Source of the DNA: Microbotryum violaceum
Lineage: Eukaryota
Assembly: GCA_001244265.2 (NCBI GenBank)
Contig: CDLV01000018.1
Span: 496,001 to 560,000, forward strand
Direction: 5' to 3'
Length of the DNA: 64,000 nucleotides
This document shows, in pieces, positions 38,215-50,518 of this stretch. Both the position numbers and the translations under genes were made by a program. The notes below the pieces were generated by a model. The model was not told the origin of the DNA. It did not search any database and saw nothing but the letters and a program-made list of their open reading frames with translations. How positions within the stretch are numbered: the first letter of the stretch is position 1; every line of letters begins with the position of its first letter.

Positions 38215-40432
38215 ATGTCCATACCGCCATTTCGACCAGGACAATACGCTGGAGTCGGACAAGGACTGCCGACCAATCGTTTCAGCTCCCCGGCGACCAC
38301 GACTCCGTCAGCGTCAGCCTCAGCCTCAGCCTCACAGCAGCAGCAGTCCTCGGCCGTTTCAGCTGGGTTACGGCAACCGTCAACAGCCAACGGAGCCCAT
38401 TCCTCACCGCTGCAGCACCTCGTCGGTCGTACTCGTAGCGCCTCCAACGCAGCCGCCATGGCCTCGTTCGCATTCGGCCAACACCAACAGCAGCAACAGC
38501 AGCAACACCAGCAGCAGCAGCAACACAACTCCACCGCGAGTCAGCCCTTGCCACCAGGTAAGCGAGCTCACCCATCCAATTCACACATCCCTCCACAGCA
38601 GCACCTTGCTGACACTTTACTTCTTGCACCTTGTCCTCTTTACCCGGTCCAACCCTTACATGCTCCATCCATCTCCCGTCTGACTTGCCGACGGGCCCCT
38701 CTGGCGTTGTCGTCGTTCCCTTTGCGCGCCTCGCCTGACCCGACCCCCACGCTCTCGACTTGGGATCGTCGACAGGACTGACCGCAGCACAAGAAGCCAA
38801 CCTCGACCCGAGCGACTTTCCAGCACTAGGCGGCGCAGCAGGTGCACCTTCGACGCCGTCCGCCGTGACGAGCCTGCCTTCGTCGTACGCGTCCTTGATC
38901 GGGCCTGCGACTCCGACCGCCAACACCTCGCTCGGATCGGCCTCCGCGATTGGCCAACCTCTGGCCAATGGACTACCCCGCGAGTTCTCGGCCGACGACT
39001 TCCCGGCACTGGGCGGCATGTCGTCCCCGTCCAACACCGCTGGCCACCAAGGCAACTCGGCTAGCAGCGGTGCCGCAGCTCAAGTTTCGACAGGGAGCTA
39101 CGACCCGACCGCGGCCACAAGCTCACTCGCCAACGGATTAAACGGCCTCTCCTTGCTATCGAACCGGAACGTGTCCTCTATGGGGCCAAGTGAGCAGGCC
39201 AGCGCAGCCGCCGCGTTGCAGCACCAGCAGCAGCATCGCGCCAACTTGCTCGGAGCGATGAACGGGGGGAGAAGCGCATCTTCTCAGGCAGACGCCGACA
39301 AGCGGGTGAGCAAAGAGGAAAGAGGTTCAGGTGGAGAAAAGAAAGGAGGAATGGTGGGCTGATCGAGAGCGATGTGTGTTCTCTTACTCTCTGCGCGCAG
39401 AGTTTCGGTCTGAAACAGCAGGCTGGCACCCCACAACAACAACAGCCCTGGGCAGCCTCGGCACAGTTCGCCAACGGTGGAGGTGCAGCAGCATCATCTT
39501 TACCGCCAAATCCTTCGGACGGCGCACCGTCATCAATGCGGTCGCCTTCCATGCTCTCGTCCACAGCGGCTTCGTCGGCTCTGCCCCCACCTCCGGGTGT
39601 CAATTCGTTGCTGCTCTCTTCGGCCGCAACACATCGAGGGGCGATCGGATCCGCGGGGGGGAATACGACCGGAGCCGCAAGTGCACCTCTACCACCGCCA
39701 ACAGCACCATCCGCCTCTACAACAACCAACGCTTCGACAACGGGAGCAGCAACAGCAGGAACGGGGTTGACAGCAGGTGGTGTGATGGGGAATCAAGTAC
39801 CACAGACGCCGGCGCAACAGATCCTGTTCAGTCCGGCCGATCGTTATGGGTTGTTGGGGTTACTGCACATCATCAAGACGAGCGATCCGGACCTCAACAT
39901 GCTCGCACTTGGGAATGATCTGACCACACTGGGCTTGGACCTATCTGCAAGCGAGTGAGTGTCTTTGAAGTGTGCAGCATGAAGCGTATCGGGGCGAATG
40001 AGGCTGACCATGCAACATATTGTCTCCTGCAGCAACCTGTTCTCGACCTTCATCACGCCATGGTCGGATTCCAAAACGGCCTCCGGGCTCAACATTGAAC
40101 CCGAATTTCACCTCCCGTCGTGCTACAACGTGCAACCTCCACCGGCACAAACCAAGATCGGCAACTTTTCGGACGAGACGCTCTTCTTCATTTTTTACTC
40201 GCAACCGCGCGACGCGATGCAGGAGATGGCCGCGCACGAGTTGTACAAGCACAATTGGAGGTACCACAAGGAGATGAAGGTATGGTTGACCAAAGAGGCC
40301 GGTACGGAACCGAGTCAGAAGACGGCAACGTACGAGAGAGGTAGTTATATCCTGTTTGATCCGAATGGGTGGGAAAGGGTTAGGAGAGAGTTTGTGCTCG
40401 AGTTTGCGGCGTTGGAGAGTCGGAGGGCTTGA
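38215..40432 (+). CDS. NOT2: CCR4-NOT subunit Not2 (Cdc36)
   Basis: DFPAL motifs, DRYGLLGLL..I...DPDL.MLALG.DLTTLGLDL, PEFHLPSCY, FSDETLFFIFYSQPRD..Q..AA.ELY..NWRYHK, YERGSY..FDP..W. Confidence 0.93.
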
Positions 40433-40763
40433 GCCAAGAACTGGCGGTGAGCAACAAATGACGGTGGGGTTGACCCCTACGTTTCTCTTGTGCTGTTTTT
40501 CAAATCGGTTTCTACCCTTTTTCTTTTCCTCTTTTCAGCTGGGCGTGTCCATTACAAGTCCCTCTTTTTGCTGTAACATGAACGAAATTTTCTTTCTCTG
40601 TGCCTGTCTCTCGCTCCGACTATGGTGCATATATTCGCCTTTCGAGGGATAGACTCGCACGAGCCGTCATTTGTTGTCGGAAAGGTGGGTTAGGGGTTGC
40701 TGAATAATACAAAAGAATGCTTCCTCCTTTGCTCTGTGTGGTCTACTGCGTTTCCAATGCGCT

Positions 40764-41201
40764 CTATCGCTTGGCCATCATCTGGGCGTTCATCTCGGAG
40801 AACCTCAGACCGACTCGCTGCAGGGAATAAAGACGGGGGCAGTCAGAACTAGGGAATGGACTGGAGGGGTATCGGTCCTTCACGGGCGTAATGTTGATTC
40901 ACCTCGGAATGTTTCAAGAACTTGTCGGCGCAAGTCGAGACGCAAGCTTCCTACTCGGGCGCGAGAGACAAGTTTCTATCAATTAGCATATACTCCCTTC
41001 CGATCCCGATCCCGATCCGCACACTCTGAGCCCACTGACCTCCTTTGAGCTAAGCGCTTTACTTGTAAAATCGTTACAGCACGAGGTGAAGCATCGCTCG
41101 ACGAGGTTCGTGTAGAGGTTCATGAAATCTTTCATTTGCTTTTGTTGCATCATCGCTTCGAAAGCTTGTGCGGTAGCGGGGTTCATCGCGGAGGCGTCCA
41201 T
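40764..41201 (-). CDS. TIM9: Mitochondrial small Tim chaperone Tim9
   Basis: QKQMKDFMNLYTNLVERCFTSCCNDFTSKALSSKE|EACVSTCADKFLKHSE|RVGLRFSEMNA; twin CX3C; 3 exons. Confidence 0.95.
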
Positions 41202-41787
41202 GGTGAGAGTTGCGGGAGAGGTTGGCTTAAGTTGGGTTGGTTGGTAGGGTTAGAACTGTACAGGACGCAAAATAGAGGATTAGTTTGGGGATTGAGCATG
41301 GATGGAGGGGAGGAGGAGGCCCATTGCGGGCAACGAGGAGGGGGCAGCCGCGGAGGGAGCGACTACGGTGTCCAAGCAAACAAGTAGAATCTGCTTTGAC
41401 ACCTCTCTCTGAAAAACACTTACGGGTTTGGCTCGGGTGGAGTTGGGGTGGGCGTGACTCGATGTGTGGGGGATTGGGACTAGAAGAAGCGAGCGAGTCA
41501 GTGCTGCGCCAGGCCGTGCGGCGAGGACCGAGCCAGTGCGAGTCAGGGCCCGCATTACCGCGCGCATTCCCTGATTAGCTCGAGGCGTAGTCGTAAATGT
41601 AAAAGGGGGGGAGATGACGATTTGTGCAGGCTGCTTCGCACCGACCGACTCACGCGGCGCCGACTTACTCGCTCACGCCCTCTCATCTCCACCTCCACCT
41701 TGCACCCTCGCATCCACCGCATCCTCCGCATTCCAACACCTCGCACCACTCGCTCAAAGACAACACCACACACTCTACGCTTCCACT

Positions 41788-42912
41788 ATGGCAGTTCGTA
41801 AGTGCGGATCCGTCTTCGCACAGCGCACGCCTTCCGGAAATGCACCTGCTGCAATGATCGAGGAGGTGTGCATCAGCACCGTGAGCTGACCTTTTCTGGC
41901 AACTCTTGTTCCGCACAGGTTGTCGTTTCGAAAACTCCTCCGACGTAAGCCGACCCCACCTCGAAGCGCCACGCTCCGTCAGCCCCTGACGACTTAATGA
42001 GCGGCCGCCACCCCGCTAACGCTCTTAACCCTCGCATCCGCACAGATTGGCGTCTTTGCGTCCTTGACCAACTCTTACTGCCTCTCGTCCGTATCGGTCG
42101 GATCGACCAACTTTTACTCCACCTTCGAGGCCGAACTCGCGGATGTGATCCCTGTGATTCAGACCAGCATCGGAGGCACACGTATCATTGGGAGATTGGT
42201 AGCAGGTAAGCCTCACATAAATAACATTTTTTGAATCCCTTGACTGCCAAAGACTGACACCAAGCCTTATTGTTTATTTCACGTAGGTAACCGACACGGT
42301 CTACTCGTCCCTTCGACCACGACCGATCAAGAACTGCAACACCTGCGCAACTGTCTACCCGAATCCGTCGCCCTGCAACGCATCGAGGAACGGCTCTCGG
42401 CGCTGGGCAACATCATTGCTTGCAACGACTACGTTGCGCTCGTGCACCCCGACATTGACCGAGAAACTGAAGAGATCATCGCCGACGTGCTCAAAGTGGA
42501 GGTGTTCCGTCAAACGATCGCCGACAACGTGCTTGTTGGGAGTTATTGCCGCATTTCGAACCAGGGAGCATTGGTGCACCCCAAGACCTCGATTCAGGAC
42601 CAGGACGAGTTGAGTTCTTTGTTGCAGGTCCCTTTGGTCGCAGGGACCGTGAACCGAGGTTCGGACGTCATTGGCGCAGGGATGATTGTCAACGGTCAGT
42701 TTTCGCTCTTTTTGCGCGCGCGCTTCTCTCTCTTCCGATGCAATCGAAACCGAGCTTCTGACTCCTCTGAACGCACAGATTGGTCCGCTTTTACCGGTCT
42801 CGAAACGACCGCTACGGAAATCTCGGTGCTCGAAGCCGCTTTCAAGCTTGGCGGACAGGACACGAGTAAAATCGCCGGGATGAGGGATACGCTCGTCGAA
42901 GGCTTTGCATGA
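41788..42912 (+). CDS. TIF6: Translation initiation/ribosome biogenesis factor eIF6
   Basis: [76 protein letters not shown]. Confidence 0.97.
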
Positions 42913-43317
42913 TCGCTTTCAACGCGGGACTACCGTTCGTTTCTCTTCTTTTATTTGATTGTATTGTGCTGTTCTAGAGTTACAATACAAATTGCATTTA
43001 CGTCTGAGAGCCCGAGAAGAGAGGCGGTCAGGCCGGAGGAGCCTTCGCGTTCGGAGCCATCATGTCGACTCGACCTCTCAGTTTGATCGGATCCGAGTCT
43101 TCTGCAGCTTGGTCACCTTCGAGTCATTACCTATCCCAGATCTCTACTGGTTTGCACCCACTACAGGCAGCTAGACTCGCTCGTCAACGGGTGTCTCGGA
43201 GTCATTTCGGCCGCACGGACCTCGCCAAGGTTCGCAAGCCCGAGGTCGTTTTCGCGCTGCGGCTCACCTCCTCGTCTTCTACCCCTCGCCCCTCGCCCCT
43301 CAAACCAGCTACGCACG

Positions 43318-45136
43318 ATGGGCAAAACAGGCAAAGCGATTAAACGTCGAAAGTTGGCCGAAGCGACCGCACTGGCCACGAAGCTTGCTGCGCCGGAACT
43401 ACTCGACGACCATTCGGATGATGACCTCGACTCGTTGGCCGATTCGCCACCGAGTTCAACCGCGCGTCCCACAGCATCCGCATCACTATCGAAGGATCTT
43501 TTACAGGGTTTGATCTTACCTGCTCATTTGGCGGTGACGGTCAAGACGTTGAATGCGTTGGTGCAACACCCGGAGTTGCTCAAGGACACGGCGAGCAAGA
43601 CGACGCGCACACAGCTCAAGGGGTTGAGGACCGCCTTGTTCGATGTACAGAGGCTGTCGAGTGAGGTCAATCAGGCAACGGGTGGGTGGCATCAACTGAT
43701 CGAGTAGTCACGATGTTGAGGGGGGAGAGTACTCAGCCGACGGTCCGTTCCTTGCCCACCAGGCACCTCGTTGACCTCCCGAATCTCGTCGGCGCTCTCC
43801 CAATCGAGGTACACCGACGCCCTCGTGCTCTTGTCCGAAATGAGGATCAGAGAACAGCAGCCCAAACTCGGTGCATTGCAACGCTGGGTCAGGGAATGTG
43901 ATTGCGCTTCGAGGGCCGACGGTTCGTTCGGCGATCAGGAAGTGCTCAAGGTTTTGGATGCGATCCTGAGGTGTTGCAACGGCGTCACACCACGCGCAAT
44001 CGCCTCGAATGACGACATCGTCGATGACGGAAGTGTGGTCAAGAGGCATGACGAATGGGTCTATCGCACACCAAGTGGTTTGGACCTCTACGGAGAGATC
44101 AAACAGCATCGGCTTCCTCTCCCCTCCCAACGGCTTCAACTCGCCAAAGCCTTCAGGCTACTACAGACCACGCCCGGTCCAGAACGACTACCTCCGAATC
44201 ATCACCCAGCCTACCAGTACACCTCTGAACCAGGTTCGATTCCATTAGACCTCGAGCCCGCGACCCTTGCCTCAAGGGCTGAAGTCCCCAACGTGCCTGG
44301 CGCGTTCATCCTGCTCGACATTCTGAGCCCCGACGAATGCAAAACCATCTTGGCCGGGGCCGAAAGCGTCGGCTTCTCCCCTGATCGTCCACTGGGACCT
44401 CAGACGAGCGTTCTGGCTCATGTACGTCAATCTCATCTCGCAGTATAGTGAACAAACCCAGCCAATGAAAACGCTCGGATCACGTTCGCAGAACCTTTAT
44501 TGGTTAGCGGATAAAGAGTTCATGCGTCGACTCGACTCGCGTACCTTGCACCTCTTACCCCCGAAATCGATGGCGGCAAACTCGTCGGCATTAACGCGAG
44601 GTTCAGGGTTTATCGTTATGTTCCTGGATCGATCTATAGGTACGTCATTCGGAAAATTGTGAAGTGAGTAGACGGCTAATGTTGCCTTGTGGGGGGGTTT
44701 CAGGCCTCATCTTGATGGCGCGGCACCACCTTCTGGACTGTCGTCATCCGGTGCATTCCAATTCGATACCAGTCCCGTCGATGAACCGCAAATGTCGCGG
44801 CTAACATTCCTCGTAAGCCTTGACAGGCGCACCGACTCACTCACTGAAACGCCACTGATTTTTCCTCAACTCTCCCCCCCCCAGATTTACCTTAACGACC
44901 ACTTCACCAACGGATGTACGACGTTCTTCCTCCCTTCCCCCCACCAAATAGGTCGCTTGGACGCCTACCCTGTCAAACCGTTAATGGGAGCAGCACTGGT
45001 CTTCCCCCACGGTGATTCAAAGGGAAGTTTGTTGCATGAGGGATCACCGGTTATGGGCGAGGGGGAGGCCAAGTATGTGATTAGGACTGAAGTGGTTTAT
45101 CAGGTCGCAGCGACGGTCGGGGGAATGAAGAAGTAA
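43318..45136 (+). CDS. Prolyl-4-hydroxylase-like 2OG-Fe(II) oxygenase; apparent frameshift at 44558-44562
   Basis: VPGAFILLDILSPDEC, GINARFRVYRY.PG..YRPHLDGA (HxD), LTFLIYLND.F..G.T.FF, LLHEGSPV, KYVIRTEV.Y. Confidence 0.85.
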
Positions 45137-45618
45137 GGGGGGAGGAAGTGAGCTCGTACGGGTTCGTTTTTTCTTTTGTTTGCTTGGTTTTGTAAAACGT
45201 ATTGGGTAGTACTTTTGTAAAGTATGAAGTCGCCTGGCCATAACCGCATCTTCAATGAGATTACGTCCGCGCGAAACACAGCGCACGGCATCATCACTCG
45301 GCCGAGATATGTTCCACCGAGTTCTGCGGACTGGTCCGGTTATACGTCGGCTTGCTGATCCTCGCTTGAAGTTGGGGCGAAGCCGAACATGAGGCTTTGA
45401 AAATTGCACCGTTCTCTCAAGGGGTCGTGATCACGAGAACCGCGGCCAGTGAGCAGTAGTGAGCAGTGTGGGGGGCTGTGAGCCTGTGAGGGGCTGTGAG
45501 TGGCTGTGTGGGGGGCCTGCTCAATGCTCTGGTCGCGCTCTGATCGTCGCTCTTCCTCCTTGACCTTCACACCTCACTCCAACTCACTCCGACCGTCGTC
45601 ACACTCTTTGATTCGGCC

Positions 45619-46800
45619 ATGGCTCCGAGCAAAAAGACTATCGAGCCTGCAGACTTTGTCAAGCTTGGTGAGGTTCGACCCGCACCACCACTACCACTAC
45701 CCCCCTTCACCGACTCGACCCTTGGCGCCAAAGCTAACCTGAACCATGTTCCTCTCCAGGCGGCGAAGTTGTCCTTGAGGAAGGGCGCAATAGGCTGCCA
45801 CGGTACCGGTGTCGGGTGTGCCCGCGGCTCTTGGCGCGGCGTTGGTGCAAATCGAAGTTCCAGCAACATCTCACCACGCGCGCGCACCACCAAAACTTAC
45901 AATTCCCTACAGGATTCAGCGACGACCGACCCGCCTCGCCGAGCACGCTGCCGTCGTCGCCGTACCGCATGATTACGCCAATACCTTCTCTGGCGTCGTC
46001 GCCGTACCGCACGGTTATGCCTGTGTCGTCGAGGGGTTCGGTCGGCCCTGCTGTTCCTCCCTCGGTGCGAAGCTCGCCGCGCGCAGTGATCTCGGATCGC
46101 CCGTAAGGGTAGCTGATGCAACAGAAGACGTTCGAGCCGATCTGGCGCTCCGTGGCCTGCCGACGACCGATGAGTTTGTGTCAATCTCGACCGTGAGTCT
46201 GGACCGACACTTCCCTCTCCCCCCGCCTCGTTTCTTTTCTCCTTTGCTATCCACCCCTCCAATGCCCCGTCCCAAACCCGCTCACATGTGCACTCCATGG
46301 TGGCCCTGTATCGCTGATATTGATATTGTCCCCGAGGCAGAACTTGCGCCACTCAGCCATGGTCGACGACCCATTCCGCATAGCCCTCGAAGTCTTGATG
46401 GCCAGCGTGGCAAGGTCGGCTGGAAAAGTTGCCAACAGGACCTCGGTTACTATGTCGAGCGGAGGAGACAAGGCCAAGCTCAGGGTGAGGCGCAGTCAAG
46501 CAGATCTTTCTGGGCTGGGTCCGGTTCGGTCCAAGCTGAACAGGTGCGATGCGAGGTGGCCCACACAGACGCCCGGATCGCAATCAGCGGAGGCTCGGCG
46601 CCGGCCGTTTCTTGACGCGTCTCCATGCTCGGCCCACTGACCCGGGTGCTTTTCTGTTTGCTCTTGACTCGATGTGTGCAGGAACAAGCGGCCATGTCGT
46701 CGTTGCCCAGGGTCGCGGGCTCCCGCTCCCGCTCGTCTCGCTGACGGTTCGACTCCCGCTCGACAGCTTTCATCTTGCAAGCCTCTTTCGTTTCCCTACT
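45619..46800 (+). CDS. Possible spliced hypothetical protein or relic; boundaries uncertain
   Basis: gccATG MAPSKKTIEPADFVKL followed by canonical gtgag/ctaac/cag intron signals and further short ORFs; no recognisable domain. Confidence 0.3.
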
Positions 46801-47400
46801 TGCTTGAGCTTGACCTGTACATTTCCTCCCTTTTCCCATCCACGCTTTCTACTATGTACACCGTTTGCCTTTGCACCGGTTCGCTGGCGGCGCCCACGCT
46901 CCTCCGACGGGTCGCACCTATCCTCTGTCTCTTGACGCACGCACGCACCGCTCAAGTCGTTTCTTCCGAATCTATTCGTTGCAGCTCTCCATTTTGCATG
47001 GCAGTGACCATAGCATCGTTTCAGCATTTCAGTTTACCCCAATTATGAATGCACCATCACAGGCGTCCTTGAACCGTGTGAAGCGAGGTGTGTGAACCCC
47101 GAGCCCGAGAAGTCTCCGACCTCCTGTTCGCCTCATGACCACCTCACCCGCCTTGAGGTCACCCCAGGAGGCGTGAGGCGGCAATGCGTTGACCTTTCTG
47201 GGTTTGAAAATGAGGGCCCCTCTCACTACAGCTGAACCAAGGCGGGGATTCGTTGGAATTTCGTTGGAATTAAATACATGCGCAGGTAAGAATAACTTGT
47301 GTCAAGGAGAAGACGTTACGAAGACACTACCAAAAGGGGACGATAAGATGTCGACAGGGGAAAACTGAGGGACTTATAGAGGGGGCGTTACTCATTATGG

Positions 47401-49513
47401 TCAGAAAAGCCGAGCGCCAGCGCGTGGGTGGTGGTTCTTGTTTTTGATATGAGTGAGATCTCCGAGATCTCGTGAAATTTTTGGTGAGTGTTGAAAGTGT
47501 CGTTGATTATGGAGGGGAAGCGGGTGAGACGAGCGATGGGTCGCTTCGGTCTGACCGGCCCCTGCGGCGTGCACTTGGGTAGGGCTAGACAAAGGAGTCT
47601 GAGGTCGCTCCGAGTGGGGTCTATCCGGTACTTGAGCCTCTGAACGCTTTGAACGCGACTGCGCAGCTCGAGTCGTAGCGGCCAACATGTTCGACCATTC
47701 GACATCCGAAGCGTTCGCCGCTGAGCAATCGCCCGCAGAGCTGACAGCACCGGGGGTCGCAACGCGTACGGGCAGGGAGATCTGATTGGACGGTGGAGTC
47801 TGTGACTGAGGTTCCAATGACCATCCGGGCGGATAATAGTAAGGCTGACCGGGGTTTTGAGGACCCGTCGGCGTCGAGCTTGGCTCAGGAGAAGAAAGAT
47901 GGCCGCTGGTACTGCGTGTTGACGACTGCGAAAACCCGGGAGTAGGGAGGTGCAAGGACGAATTGGCGTTGAAGAGGCTGCTGCCCAAAGGTCGCGAAGA
48001 GTCGTTCGGAAGGAAAAACGGACCCGAGGAATGTCCGCTATGTGCGAAGGAGCTATTCGAAGGCCCGTCCATCAAAGCTGGACCATGCTGGTAGTTCGAA
48101 TGACACGCCGCAGTTGGCCCCGAATGACTTGTGCCGATGCTGTAACCCGATCGAGCAAGAGTCGAAGACGAGCCAAAGTTGAGCAAAGCAAGTGGGTTTG
48201 TGTTGGAAAGCGAATGCGGTCGGGCTTGGAATTCAGCCGAACACGAAGACGCCATGGGGGAGTAGAAATCGAACGAGGTTGGTGGGGGCAACGCACGATG
48301 TCGGTACATGGCTTCGTGACTTCCGCCGCCAACGCTGGGCACCCCGGGTGGTAGGGTATGCGAAGGCAGTGTGTAGTGGCTGAGATTGCTCATCGATGGC
48401 ATGCCGTCAGATGGGCCCCAGCCAGCATGGTGATGGACGTCGGGGTAGGGGGAGCTGGCGGCGAGCGTGCTGCTGTTGTGCAGGGGCACCGAGCCCGTAG
48501 GCGAGGATGAAGCCGACGACGACGCCGAACTGTGCCTCCTTGAGGAACACCGATGCCGACGAGCTAGCAAAGATGCGTGGGGGCCGGTTTTCATTGGGAA
48601 GTGAATTCGGGTGTTTCGGCCCACGACCGAATCAAGTGAGTGAAGGCGAACGGGTGAGACAACGGGAAAGGAGGGCGAAGCGGAAGCGCACCGCCAATTA
48701 GGTAATGAGAGCTTGGGCACTGGTCAGCTACGGGCTTAATTGAGGAACAGCTGTACAAACGCCGGCAGTAGGTGATGTTCGCTGATCCGCGCTAGTAAGC
48801 GCCCCCAACCCGCGCGCCGCGACCCCGCGAGTAACAACTTGAGCGCCGCCGCGTTGTTGAGAGGGGTGTCGCGCACTGGCGCCGCCTGCACAGACCCCCT
48901 TTCGTCTTCGCGACGCCGCCCAACCTCCGCGCACCAGCCAGGTTCGTGAAGGGAAGTGGGGCTGGGACTTACGGTTGATGTGGTCGAAGATTTCTTCGCT
49001 GCAACTGGCGCTGCGATACCCGCAATAGACTTGCTCGAGGTCGTGGTTCCTTGCTTTGGCTACGTAGATGCGAACGGAGAAGCAGAAGGGATCGAGGACG
49101 GAGCCGATCCGAGAGTCAGCGATCGAGCCCGACTTGACATTGGAGCCCGATTCGGCCGACACTTACCAGTTCGTAGGCACGCATAACAGGGTTCACCCTC
49201 TGTTCCCGTACAGCGAACCCGACGAATGTGGCATCTGGTACCCGACCATTCCCGAGTCCCGACATTTTCCAAGGCGAAAATCGAGTCAGCCCTCGCGTGC
49301 ACATGGAACCCCACCGCCCCACATGCAGAGCGCATCGCTGCCACCCGCCTAGTGAGCGGGCTCGAGTCCGTCGACCTCGGGCTGGGAGCCGTCGAGTACG
49401 GAAGCGAAAGACTGGACCTCTAGCACTTACCTGCTGCAAGCCTTGTTCCTGCCCTTGATGATCGTCTTGGTCCAGCTTTGTGGGTAAGGGTGTGCCGAAG
49501 CATGAGTACTCAT
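47401..49513 (-). CDS. Zn(II)2Cys6 transcription factor with long Ser/Pro-rich tail
   Basis: Spliced exons give KGRNKACSRCHIRRVRCTGTEGEPCYACLRTAKARNHDLEQVYC (six Cys); followed by the low-complexity ORF 47401-48720, whose junction to the Zn cluster is uncertain. Confidence 0.75.
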
Positions 49514-50518
49514 GGTCGGGCGCTGAGGATGCATGGTATACCGAAGCGAAGATGTGGAGGCAAAGCGCTGTGCCGGAGGAATCCGAGTCCAATTTTGAAG
49601 GGCGTCGACGATGCTCTTCCGACTCGAGGAAAAAGAAGCGAAAGAGACATAAAGACTAGACGACCACGGAAAATGGACAGGAGCGTTGAAGTGACTAAAA
49701 GGTCATAACATAGGCCAGAAAATAAGGTGATTATCGTGGCATATTTCTGCAAAGTATGTGGAGTTCTGCGCGACCCACCAAAGGTGGGCGGTGTATTTCG
49801 GCGTCGGAAGGGTCTCTTCTTGCCGGCGAAGCCCCTGTTGCGATGTGCACGCCATCAGCACCGCTTTGGACTCTCCCCGCACGCTCGCGCGCGGGCCCTC
49901 TGTCAAAGAAGGCTCGAGGGCTTTTTTTCTCTCAAGACGCTAAGGTCGAGGTGAAGTACGGCCGAACCGGATGAGCTATTTTGGCGCGCAAACCACCCTG
50001 CCCTTTCCCTCGTCTTCGCTTCGCGCAGCACAGGCCTCCTTTATGACCGTGTGGAGAATGCCCACTTTTCAGTCGTGACCCCTGTCCAAAGCCTTGACGG
50101 ATATTGTGACCTACCTTTTCCGGAAGACAATCGGATCCTCCACAGTAGGCTAAAGCGTATGATAAAGCTTTCATCGCTTAGCCCGGTGGCAGTACATCAA
50201 GTGCAACTTCGAGGTGATGTGGACAATTGATCGAAGCTCAGTGAAACCGCGTCTGGCGATCGACGTCTGGCTTCGATAGGAGACGAGTGCTTTTTATCAT
50301 GGGAAATGCACCGGCGGACTTGGGTGTCAGCTCTCGCTCGCACAGATAAAAAGGTCGTTAATGTATTGCAGGCATGGCCAGGAAACAGATTGACAGAAAA
50401 AGACAAACGCGAACGAGTTGGAGATTTCGGATGCCCGGCGGGCCAGCATATGCACGTTCGCAGCACGGCCGGGCACGAAATGGGGTAGTGACGAAACCAA
50501 GCGATGCAAGAAGGCATA

